The notes under the pieces were generated by a model. The model worked only from the letters and a program-made list of their open reading frames with translations, was not told the DNA's origin and made no database searches. From assembly GCA_977030845.1 (NCBI GenBank), contig OZ365112.1, positions 24,862,001-24,926,000 on the forward strand: a stretch of 64,000 nucleotides of DNA. Direction: 5' to 3'. Both the position numbers and the translations under genes were made by a program. Below are positions 1 to 10,485 of the stretch, in pieces (positions within the stretch are counted from its first letter, which is position 1; each line of letters starts with the position of its first letter). This stretch comes from Fimbriosthenelais zetlandica (taxonomy: Eukaryota).

Positions 1-239
1 TCACGTAATATACCCCCAACATACGGAAACATTATACTGTGTTCATTGTTCAACACTTTTGTTGCATAATTTAGAATCACTTAATTGTGTTTCGGTTCAT
101 TCTGGTTGGGAAAATTCAAGGAGTCAGTACTGTGTATAGTGGTCACTATATTCCTAAACGGTCTCATCAGTGTGGGTCAACACACTGGTCAGCAACCTGA
201 GGTCCCCCCTCTACATCCTCTAGCTTGCATCCTCTTCCT

Positions 240-268
240 ATTACCATAGCGACCGTTGCTATGGCAAT
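240..268. promoter_or_regulatory. Pair of inverted RFX X-box-like motifs
   Basis: ATTACCATAGCGAC (240-253) and GTTGCTATGGCAAT (255-268); each resembles the X-box consensus GTNRCCATGGYAAC, and they are near reverse complements of each other. Confidence 0.35.
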
Positions 269-392
269 GAGGTCTTGTGATCGTAGAGTTGGTGGGGGTC
301 TCAGGGTGTTAATCTAGAGTACCGTGGATGGACCTCCAAGGGTCAGCTGAATTAGATATGGAGGATAGGAAACCGTCCAGATGGAGAATAGC

Positions 393-403
393 AGAGAGAG
401 AGA

Positions 404-444
<41 letters not shown>

Positions 445-495
445 AGGGGGGGGGGGGGAGGGAGAGAGAGAGAGCGAAATAAAAGAGAGAGAAAG
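393..495. repeat. (GA)n microsatellite interrupted by a G-run
   Basis: Long AG/GA dinucleotide run with a central poly-G; accounts for the spurious ORFs 328..528(+) and 352..534(-). Confidence 0.95.
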
Positions 496-3400
496 AAAGA
501 AAAATATGACAGAGAAGATAGAAGTTAAGGACAATAACTGAAATAATTTTTAGGTATTTTAGGTCGAATCATTTGCGATTTACCTAATATCAATATAAAT
601 ACTTTAATCATTCGATTGTATATATAGGTCCTAGGTCATAAACTTATGACAAAATTGTGAGAATTACTCACAATATTACTATGAAAATGTAAATAGAAAA
701 TGTCGATTTAGCGCGTGCTAAACCCACATATTAAAAGCAAAATATGACATCTGTTGAAGTATAGCATCTGTAGCTGTCAGTCCGAGTGACTAATTGCATA
801 CACATGTGAATGGAATAAGAAGCATGTCGAGCAATAGAAAGGTAACATGTGTATTTGTAGCAATGCACCATAATCACTATAACGTCTACAACGTTACTAC
901 AGTGGAGACACCGTGTGGAGGAGTTCTAATAACAGGCATAACATACATTTCATTAAAGGTCGATCAGTCACACGTTACTTCATTGATAATAATAGATTAT
1001 ATAGATGACATCGATATTAGACTATCGATGACGCAAAATTTTGCGCAATATCAAATTGCGACATTGATGATACATGTCGTTATTGGGGAAGGGGGGATCC
1101 TTTCACTAATCCAGAGGTTTATTTCATAAAAAGTTAGATATATCACAATAAAAGGTCCCAAAAATGAGACGTTAACTTGACCATGGTTGCAGGTCCAGCA
1201 TAGCAAGGTGACAGGAAAAGCAAAGTGGACGTATTTGCTTTTCCACGGCAACAAGCTATGATCTTTTATCTCAAACTCTCTGGCTGGAAAATCAGAGAGA
1301 AAGAGGCGTTCTTCGCCAACTTCAAAGGTAAATCTGGGATGGAGGCTTTTCTCTATGATGAATCATCAAAGAGTGTGCCGTGACATGTGAGACGATAATC
1401 TACAATCACCAAGACAACGCTGTGATAAACCAATCACAGAGAAGAACAGCAACGCCAGCCCACTGCTGCGCCCTGTCAGGTCTTGGAGGTACTAGCCTTT
1501 TTCAGTGGCAGCCGTATTCTTTCAGTTCAAGATAGGCAAAAGTGTGTATAGACAAAACATTGTAAATGTAGTCAATTAAGACAGAAAATTTCAGTACAGA
1601 ATAAGGAAATACTTTATATTTCGTTAGTAAAAGAATGGGCAAAATTTAGCTGATAATCCTTTTGTCGCGCGACCAACCAAGTTCAGCCAAGACATTATGT
1701 CAATTGATTTCTCTCCGCAATACTAATATTTTCTACCTGTTTTTCGAGTGTACTTATATAGGTATTTTGGGGCCCATTTGGCACATGATAATGGGACATA
1801 ATTAAAGTGCTATTGATGACTAAATATACAGTTTGTCTGCAATATAAGCCGTCATAAAGGACTTCTCCTATTTCAAGTCCCAATTGGAAAAGGGTTCCTA
1901 AATCTGATTCGCTCTAAGACGATGGTTATCTGAAAGGCGGTGACAAGTATTTTTAAAGTGAAGAAATGAAATTTCCGATTAAAATCTTGACCACTGAGGG
2001 AGATATCCCTCCTCGGCGTCCGTTGGCAGAGGGAATCGGCTGCGTGACTCTTAGAGCCTCGCAGCGAATTAGAGGCAAATTTCAGAACTTCCTGTTTTTT
2101 GAATAACTTGAGCATGTCGCGTGAAAGTAAGAGTGGGCCAACGCTCAGTTAATAATACACAATGGCTTGTGCTAGGTCCTGCTAGTCGGGATGACCCTTT
2201 GACCTTCAAGAATCAACACGAACCTTACACCAGTGATCTGTAAGGGGGGTACTGGTGGTATGTATTTTCCCCTAACACCCTCCAACACCCACCTTTCCCA
2301 CCCCTCATCCCTCCTTTCTTTGGACCCATAAGTATATACAAGAGCGCTCCGGGAGGGGGCCGGGGGGCTTAATGTGGTGTTGGATTTTGTTTGTCAGGGT
2401 TGGGTGAGTTTAGGGAGGCTTGAGAGGAAGATTGGGGGGTGGGGTGGTGTAGAGGGAGGGTGTAAGAGATAGAATGGGGGAGGGGGTTCAAAATCGGTAC
2501 TGCGCTAAAAGCAGGGGATGGCTTCTGCTATAAAGAGATGCAACTGGAACTAATCGTTACGGAAAATGGGGATGGTATACGTACAGAGCTCCCAGAATCC
2601 AACAGAATGTGGCAAGGTGTACTGATTTCTCCATTCAATGCAAACCTAAATAGCACGATTGTGTTAATTTCGTTGAAAGTTTTGCAAAGGGAAACAATGA
2701 CACCATTAAAAATAAATTATCCCAATGGGTATAAAATGATTCTAATTGTAGTTTATCCTCAAGAGAGCACATTTTGCATTAATTGCTTATTCTTCTGATA
2801 ATTGTGCTATGCTGCGTAGAAACTCACCAAACATGTTCACGATCTATTATCATAGCGAATTTGTCGTTTTTCTCATTTTTCACTGGCGTCAAATCGTTAA
2901 AGCGGCCACGGTTGACAATTCAATCCATGCCACAAAAGCAAATCAGTGAGCATGACACTGACACTCCATTTTCTCGGTGTGAAAATAAGGAGGGACGCTA
3001 ATTTGAACCAAGTTTGGCATGTTGAGGCTGGCGTCTTGACCACTCGCCTCTCCCTATCTCTGACTGTATACCGTGAGATATGGGATGTCAGGGGGACGCG
3101 TCGTTCAGCTTGGGGACGCTATTTTTGGGGGGCCTCCTCCAGGTGTCGTTGACCAGTGGTCATCCTGTGCGTCCCCCTGTCCACCATACCCATACTCTCT
3201 ATGGTGTGCTCCTTATCGTCATGCTATACATTTCATATAGATAAGGGCGGAGCATTCAAAAGGATTTTCAAACTAATTAAATTGCCGTTTAGTCTTAGCA
3301 AAGGGGAATAACAGTCTGTTCTGATTGGTGGAAAGGAAGAAGGGGTTGAACAACAATCTTGGTGGCATTGATAAATTTGATGGATTCAGAGATTAATTCA

Positions 3401-3838
3401 TATGAATCCAAAATAAGATCAAATTGAAGCTAAAATCTAAGCTAGCAATTCATGATGTAATTTCCAAGGTTGATGGGACAGGGAAATTGTCTAATGGATA
3501 CTGGACTAGACTTCCTTTATACATTGTCCTTCTTGGGGAAAATGACAAATATATTTAGGAAGCAATGAAGTTTAAAGCAAGCCCTCTTAAAGCCCTTGTC
3601 TTTGTTGCCCTTAAAACCGAGGCAAACAGGAGACCCAGTCACTAATGGCCATGTTCTATATACCTATTACAATTCCCCCCTACATAGACCCCTGTGTTTC
3701 GTCTTTTGTTTATAATACCAACTCAAATCTCGCTCGGCTGAGTCTACAGTTGGTAGGAAACTCTCAAAATCTTTTGTCTTGGGTCTGTAACGAACTCGAG
3801 ACGAGAGAAGAGGAGACGAGGATGAGCTGGGAGAGACA

Positions 3839-3918
3839 ATGGCTTCACGGAGACGAGTTAATCTGCGCACAACGGCGTCTGGGCGATCCGACGCCCTCTC
3901 GAGGAGGGTGGGCGAACC
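3839..3918 (+). CDS. Candidate first coding exon of an unidentified plus-strand gene (MASRRRVNLRTTASGRSDALSRRVGE.)
   Basis: ACAATGG start context after a GA-rich leader, 26 codons plus 2 nt, then donor GTGAGT at 3919; locally CpG-rich. No phase-2 continuation exon could be identified. Confidence 0.4.
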
Positions 3919-5532
3919 GTGAGTGTGTTGTCATCTACTTTAATTGCTCCTTCCTTGTAACGAATGTTGGGTCATTAGACGGTGTGTGGGTGGTTTCCAG
4001 GGAGGGGCTGGGGGACCAGCATCCCCAGAGAGACTTCCTCATTGTTCACTACATTTCAATGTCGAAAACAATTAATTAAATTGCCAGGACAAATTCCAAT
4101 TTTCGTTATCGGAAAATACCATCTAAAATGCCTTTAAAAAGGGCGAAAGCTTTTCCTGTTTCTTATTTTAAATAGCTGGATTAAAGTGTTTCATTTGGGA
4201 CTAGTGTAGTAAGAAGAGAAGCCTCGGGAGGAGTTCTACTCTCGAGTGGTGCTCTAAATGCTCAGGTATAAACGATTTCCACAGGAGATGACAATGGTTG
4301 GTGGCGTACTGTGTCTGTTCCACTGGACACCAGTGAGACTTCTCTATAGTCTTTTGTAACCATCTAACAAGCCTGACAACCAAAGGCTATAATAAGATGC
4401 TCCTGTGGTCAACCATACGTAAATGGTGGGAGTGGGTCTTTTCCAGTTTGCTTCTCCTGGATATTTCAAGGGAAAGCGTCCGAACAATGGGACGCGACGC
4501 TGAGGGCAATCCCAACGCGACCACTCGGGTTTTCACTGTGTTTGAGAGGTTATTCCGACACGGAAAACCTCCATTAAAGTAACGTATTTTCTCATAGTTT
4601 AAGGCAATATGATCCTGCATCGTGTTTCGTATTACTAGGGACGTTTATATACTCATAAAGCAATCGAATCTTGCGTCTAGAAATGTGCTTACGTCGTGAC
4701 TGTACAATATCTAACATATTCTAAAATGCATACATCTAACACAGGATCAATTGGCGGTCAAAACCTATCACACAATCACTTACAAGTTCTCTTGTTTGTC
4801 TAATAAACGTATGGTTTTTTTGAAATTACTTTTGTGACGCACTTTTAACAATTGCTACATCGGACTCCGCCCCTGCAAGGCTCGCGTCATATTTTGTTAG
4901 AATCTGCCACACCAGGTGGTATGGCAGGCAGCCTTCAATATGCAGCAAACAGATTCCTGTCCAGGCATTGAGGTGCAGTCAGATGGAATGACAGCCCGCA
5001 CGCTCACAAGACAATTTATTTGAATCTAATATATCAAAAAACTCCGACCGTTTGGAAAGAGGGGATAATACCTAAGTTTAGAACCCCGCTCTGAAATATG
5101 TTACTTACACCAACGATGGAATGCCGTTCATGAACGACGGTCATTGTTCACAAATTCTTCGCCAAGTGGATATGTACATGGTACATATAATTACAAGATT
5201 TTGCAAACCGAAAATCTCTCAAATGATTTGACTTTGAAACGTAATTCTAAACACTATAACAACAAGAGATATGACGAGAAAGTAAAACCCACCCTACCGA
5301 CCTTTTGTGCAAGACAATAATCTGACCAAATTCCATAATGATTATCTAATGGTCTCCACCCTCTCCATTCAAAACCAATATGGACTGACCCCAGGTTAAT
5401 CATCTACTCATGTCCTCGGTGAATTTGATCCCCGCTTTCTGCGTACATAGACCTAGATCTGACCTCATGCATTGACCTGTCTGCTCACTCTCCTGCTCAA
5501 GACAGCTCGTAACGGCTCAAACAAAGGGAGCG

Positions 5533-5572
5533 AGAGAGGCTGAGAGTCAGAGAGAGAGAGAGGGAGAGAGAG
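5533..5572. repeat. Imperfect (GA)n microsatellite
   Basis: gagagaggctgagagtcagagagagagagagggagagagag. Confidence 0.85.
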
Positions 5573-5626
5573 CTGCTCTCCCTCCCGCCACGAATCCCAA
5601 CAATTGCCTTCTTCATCTTACGTCCG

Positions 5627-5694
5627 GTTACCATGGCAACAGGAAATGATTCAGGCCCTCCATTTGGCCTCGTGACCACAGATGATCCGGAAGT
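5627..5694. promoter_or_regulatory. RFX X-box plus ETS motif module
   Basis: GTTACCATGGCAAC (5627-5640) matches the X-box consensus exactly; AGGAAAT follows directly and CCGGAAGT is at 5687-5694. Confidence 0.5.
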
Positions 5695-7451
5695 AGCCAG
5701 GGTGACCACCGACTTCCTTTCATCCTGGATTTTGCGAAAGTTATAAGGCGCGGGTCGATAGGGCAGATATAATCTCAGACGTGCAAACGAATAATAATAT
5801 TATAACAATCAGGTCAGCATTGACAAACTGCCAACATTTGATTTAGGCCTTAGAATTATGACAAAGGAAATTCTGCAAGATCTATTGTGAAGAGAAATAT
5901 CCCTAAAATATCGACGCATCAATGGATTTGTCAGTGTGACAAATCAGTTGGAAAAAAGCTTCACTGGAAAAGTCTGAAATAAGACTACATTTGATGGAAA
6001 GGTAGCTGAAAAAACATTCCCAAACAGAAGCTGAAAAGTGAAACTGAAAAGAGAAAGTCAACAAATATATGGGAAGAAGATGCTTCAATTTCTATGACGA
6101 CAAACTGAGTCTGAATTTCGCGATACATCACAATTCCATCAAAATTAAATTGTCGATCCCCACCATCGCTAGAGCCAACGAGTAGCCTATAGAATGAATA
6201 CTCGTTGCTAAACCCAACTGTAAGGGAATAATCTCTGCAATACCATCTAAGAGGCTAAGAGACTGCTGCTGCCGACTGGTGGATTGCAATCGAACCAGTG
6301 ACGGCGTACAGATGGCTCTTCACTGAGAGGATACCGAGTGCGGTAGCTCTATTATAGGCTATAGTACATGGGAGTAGCGGAGATTTGTATGACATTTTCT
6401 TGGGGAACTTTTCAATATCTATTTCATGGGGGAATACAAAGCACCTATCAGATCCACCTACATCTAAAATGGACCTAGATGAAATTCTATAATACTTTAA
6501 ATAAACCTGACATTGATCTAAAATTAATACATGAAAACGTCAAACTATTAAAGCTGCATCATTTGCAATTCCCTAAATCCATGGCCGCCACAATGTCATA
6601 CCGGTAATCAAACAGACAAAGTCCCCATCTTCTGACACTGTTTCAATAATGACATGTGTGCCTCTCAGCCACGGGTGGCTGAATGCTCTCCATAAAAGTC
6701 AAGATTTCTCCTCTACAGGGTCAATTTTTTGACCTTTTGAGGGCAATTTCATATGCCCTCCAACCATGGCACACGGCAGCTAATCCCAAGATTTAACGCC
6801 ACCTTCCAACAAATAGATATCAACAGGCAAGGTCAAGGGCGCCTGACCCGCTCTGTTAGGGACGTGACCTTTACTTGACCTTGACTCGAGGCATGACCTT
6901 GGTCGCTGTCAATCGCCAATCTCATACAGTAGGGGTCCGTGTATGTGTTTAACCTTGGCCATACTTTAAAGGCTTTCTCAATCGAAGGTAATTATTTCAA
7001 GAGATTAGCATCATTTGGTCGTAAATAGATTCGGTAGATTTTGAATGAATTCCCGCATTATAATAGCGGCATCATGAGCGCACACAGTCTGCTTTTGGCT
7101 GAATTTTTTCAAATAAGAGCGTATGAATTCATATTATGAATCCATGCTGTCTAATATTACGACCCTTCCACTCACATTTAATAGGAAGGCTGTAAGTCAT
7201 ACAACTGCGCATATGTTCCTTCCACTTTAGGCAATTAACAAGTATTGTGTTTAGCGTCACTTTAAACCTTGCGCATCATTTCTTTCTTTCTCTAAATTCT
7301 TCATCAAGTTTAGGTCATTTAGGCTTAAATCCGACTCATTGGTTTCCAAAAATTAGTTATTTGAACTCCTAGATGCAAATCGTCAAGGTGGTGGTGACGC
7401 TAAACATAACACTTTCTTTTGGACTTAATGATACATTTATTTTTCACTTAC

Positions 7452-7733
7452 CTGGAGGGGCGGGTGGCATGCTACTTTGAGACTTCATGGGTCCATAGCT
7501 GGGATCGTACATGGCCGCGGCAGACATGGCTGCTGGTGAAGATGACGCCATGCCCGCCAGGGCTCCATAGTCGTGAGGTGAGGTGACGGGGACGCCTCCA
7601 CTCCCTCCCCCGGCCATAGCATCCATAGTGGCCGCCATGGAGGAACTAGGCACCATGGAGGACGGATCTCCTCCACCATGAGGCATTGCTCCATATTGGT
7701 CCGCGTAATATGACGGCTTGTCACTGCCACCAT
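7452..7733 (-). CDS. Internal coding exon (phase 1-1, 282 nt) of an unidentified gene; G/S/A/M/P/Y-rich, resembling a transcription-factor activation region
   Basis: Acceptor tttctag|ATGG at 7734, donor CCAG|GTAAGT at 7451, open frame DGGSDKPSYYADQYGAMPHGG...MYDPSYGPMKSQSSMPPAPP, GC-rich against AT-rich flanks. Confidence 0.85.
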
Positions 7734-8146
7734 CTAGAAAACACCAAATTAACGTAAACATTAACACTGATGCCGGACTGATGCAATAATTGATCACAGT
7801 TTTAAGAATTAAAGGTAGATGAAGGTAAATTACGCCATGAAAGGAACTATGACTATGACATGTTCATTTTATTGGAGGATAGCTTTCACTGCACCCAAGT
7901 CGCAATCTTTATAATATGTTCTAAGCTATGAGGCATGTTGCCAAGCATGGTAAGACTGCCGACACCTGGCGTTAATCACAAGAAACATCCACGCGGCATT
8001 CGATCACTCAGCTCCCACTCTCAAGAGGGCGCCACAGTACCACTCTGCAGAACCGAGGGAACCCTCAATCCGAATCACAATAGAAAACCCCGAGTATTAA
8101 TCTGACTTTAAATCTAACTCAAATTTAAGTTATCAGCGATATCAAT

Positions 8147-9409
8147 GGGCCGCGCGTCCATTCAAAAGGTATCGCGTCTATTCAAAGGGTATCGCGTCTA
8201 TTCTAAAGGTCGCGCGTCAATTCTAAGGGCCGCGCGTCCATTCAAAGGGAATCGCGTCCATTCTAAGGGCATCGCGTCCATTCTAAGGGCATCGCGTCCA
8301 TTCTAAGGGCATCGCGTCCATTCTAAGGGCATCGCGTCCATTCTAAGGGCATCGCGTCCATTCTAAGGGCCGCGCGTCCATTCTAAGAGCCGCGCGTCCA
8401 TTCTAGGAGTCGCGCGTCCATTCTAAGGGTCGCGCGTCCATTCTAAGGGTCGCGCGTCAATTCAAATGGCATCGCGTCCATTCTAAGGGCATCGCGCCCA
8501 TTCTAAGGGCCGCGCGTCAATTCTAAGGGTCGCGCGTCAATTCTAAGGGTCGCGCGTCCATTCTGAGGGTCGCGCGTCCATTCTGAGGATCGCGCGTCCA
8601 TTCTAAAAGGTCGTGCGTCCATTGTAAGAGTCGCGCGTCAATTCTAAGGGTCGCGCGTTTATTCTAAAGGTCGCGCGTCCATTCAAAGAGCATCGCGTCA
8701 ATTCTAAGGGCATCGCGTCATTTCTAAGGGCCGCATGTCCATTCTAAAGGTCGCGCGTCCATTCTAAAGGTCGCGCGTCCATTATAAGAGCCGCGCGTCC
8801 ATTCTAAGAGTCGCGCGTCCATTCTAAGAGTCGCGCGTCAATTCTAAGGGTCGCGCGTCCATTCAAAGGGCATCGCGTCAATTCTAAGGGCCGCGCATCA
8901 ATTTTAACGGCCGCGCGTCCATTTTAAGGGCCGCGCGTCCATTTTAAAGACGACGCTTCCATTCTAAGAGCCGCGCGTCCATTCTAAGGGTCGTGCGTCC
9001 ATTCTAAAGACCACGCGTCCATTCTAAGAGCCGCGCGTCCATTCTAAGAGTCGCGCGTCCATTCTAAGAGTCGCGCGTCGATTCTAAGCATCGCGCGTCA
9101 AATCTAAAGACCACGCGTCCATTCTAAGAGCCGCGCGCCCATTCTAAGAGTCGCGCGTCCATTCTAAGAGTCGCGCGTCCATTTTAAGGGTCGCGCGTCA
9201 ATTCAAAGGGCATTGCGTCCATTCTAAAGACCGCGCGTCCATTCTAAGGACCGCGCGTCCATTCTAAGAACCGCGCGTCCATTCTGAGGGCCGCGCGTCC
9301 ATTCTGAGGGTCGCGCGTCCATTCAAAGAGCATCGCGTCCATTCTAAGAGCCGCGCGTCCATTCTAAGAGCCGCGCGTCCATTCTTAGAGTCGCGCGTCC
9401 ATTCTAAGA
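8147..9409. repeat. 20-bp CpG-rich minisatellite, about 63 copies, consensus GGGYCGCGCGTCCATTCTAA
   Basis: Head-to-tail 20-bp units with local variant blocks (e.g. GGGCATCGCGTCCATTCTAA x5 near 8267-8367); no spacers. Confidence 0.97.
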
Positions 9410-9814
9410 CTGTATATGCTTATGATCATTGTCTAGTTTTCCATTAGCTAAAAATGATTATTATCTGCAATTATCAAGATACATTATCATAATATACAGC
9501 AGGAATTAAGTATGGAGCGGCCTATAATTTGTGCTGACCATGTACATGTATGGACGCGCGTCCATTCTAAAGACCACGCGTCCATTCTAAGGGCCGCGCG
9601 TCAATTCTAAGGGTCGCGCGTCCATTCAAAGGCATCGCGTCCATTCTAAAAGTCGCGCGTCCATTCTAAGACTGTATATGCTTATGATCATTGTCTAGTT
9701 TTCCAGTAGCTAAAAATGATTATTATCTGCAATTATCAAGATACATTATCATAATATACAGCAGGAATTAAGTATGGAGCGACCTATAATTTGTGCTGAC
9801 CATGTACATGTATG
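9410..9814. repeat. Duplicated ~143-bp tail separated by ~6 further minisatellite units
   Basis: 9410-9552 and 9672-9814 (ctgtatatgcttatgatc...catgtacatgtatg) differ at 2 positions by eye; 9553-9671 is the same 20-bp repeat. Confidence 0.95.
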
Positions 9815-10485
9815 TTTCATATTTAATATGGATACAGATGCCCAGAACGACTACGCCAGAAATGGTATTACATGACTGATGGGGGTTTGGGATGATGGAA
9901 CTGGTCAGCCCTGACCGGAAGCTAATAAATTATACATATCTGTACTCATTAGTTTCATTATTACATCTGTGGACCCCAACCTCGTCCCAAATTAACATTG
10001 CCTATACCTGAAGCCAAAGTGATGTTTCCTTTTATTCTGGTAGTATTGTAATTAACGCGAACGGCATGTTAAAATTATGGGTAATATCCCATCTGTCTCA
10101 AAGAAAATGGCAAAAGACATGACTTCAGGTAATGAACTATAACAACATAACTTTGCCGAAACTATTATGCTCATGCTCATGTTCTTTCATTTGAGGACCA
10201 AATAGCTTGAAGAGATTTACTACTGAACAACATTATGTTAATGGGTTTTCTTATAAAGTCAAATAAGTTAACCTGATTACTATTTAGGAGATCAACTGGA
10301 TTTGGCATGGATCAAATACCTGGGTGAATACCCTTGATCGCTGCACTGATACTAGCAATAACTTAAAATATCCTAAACGAATTTTAAATTCCCTCAGCTG
10401 TTTCTCCTGAGTGCAGGTTGACCTGACAGGTTACACTAAAGTTGTTGGGAACTCCCTCACAATGTGACCTGGATATTAAGGTCGA

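Noticed and set aside
328-534. ORFs 328..528(+) and 352..534(-)
   Set aside because: Products (ERERE/SLSLS) are translations of the GA microsatellite.
5497-5730. Minus-strand ORF or candidate exon (DERKSVVTLATSG...AMVTG)
   Set aside because: It starts in phase 0 and gives an immediate stop when joined to the phase-1 donor at 7451; the sequence is better explained as an X-box/ETS module plus GA repeat.
7452-7733. Resemblance to FoxA (SYYA, MSAAAM) or Homothorax/Meis (AAAMYDP) N-termini
   Set aside because: Only 4-7-residue low-complexity matches; flanking sequence and exon structure do not fit, so no gene symbol was assigned.
8147-9409. CRISPR-like appearance of the 20-bp repeats
   Set aside because: Units are contiguous with no unique spacers, and the context is an intron-containing eukaryotic locus.
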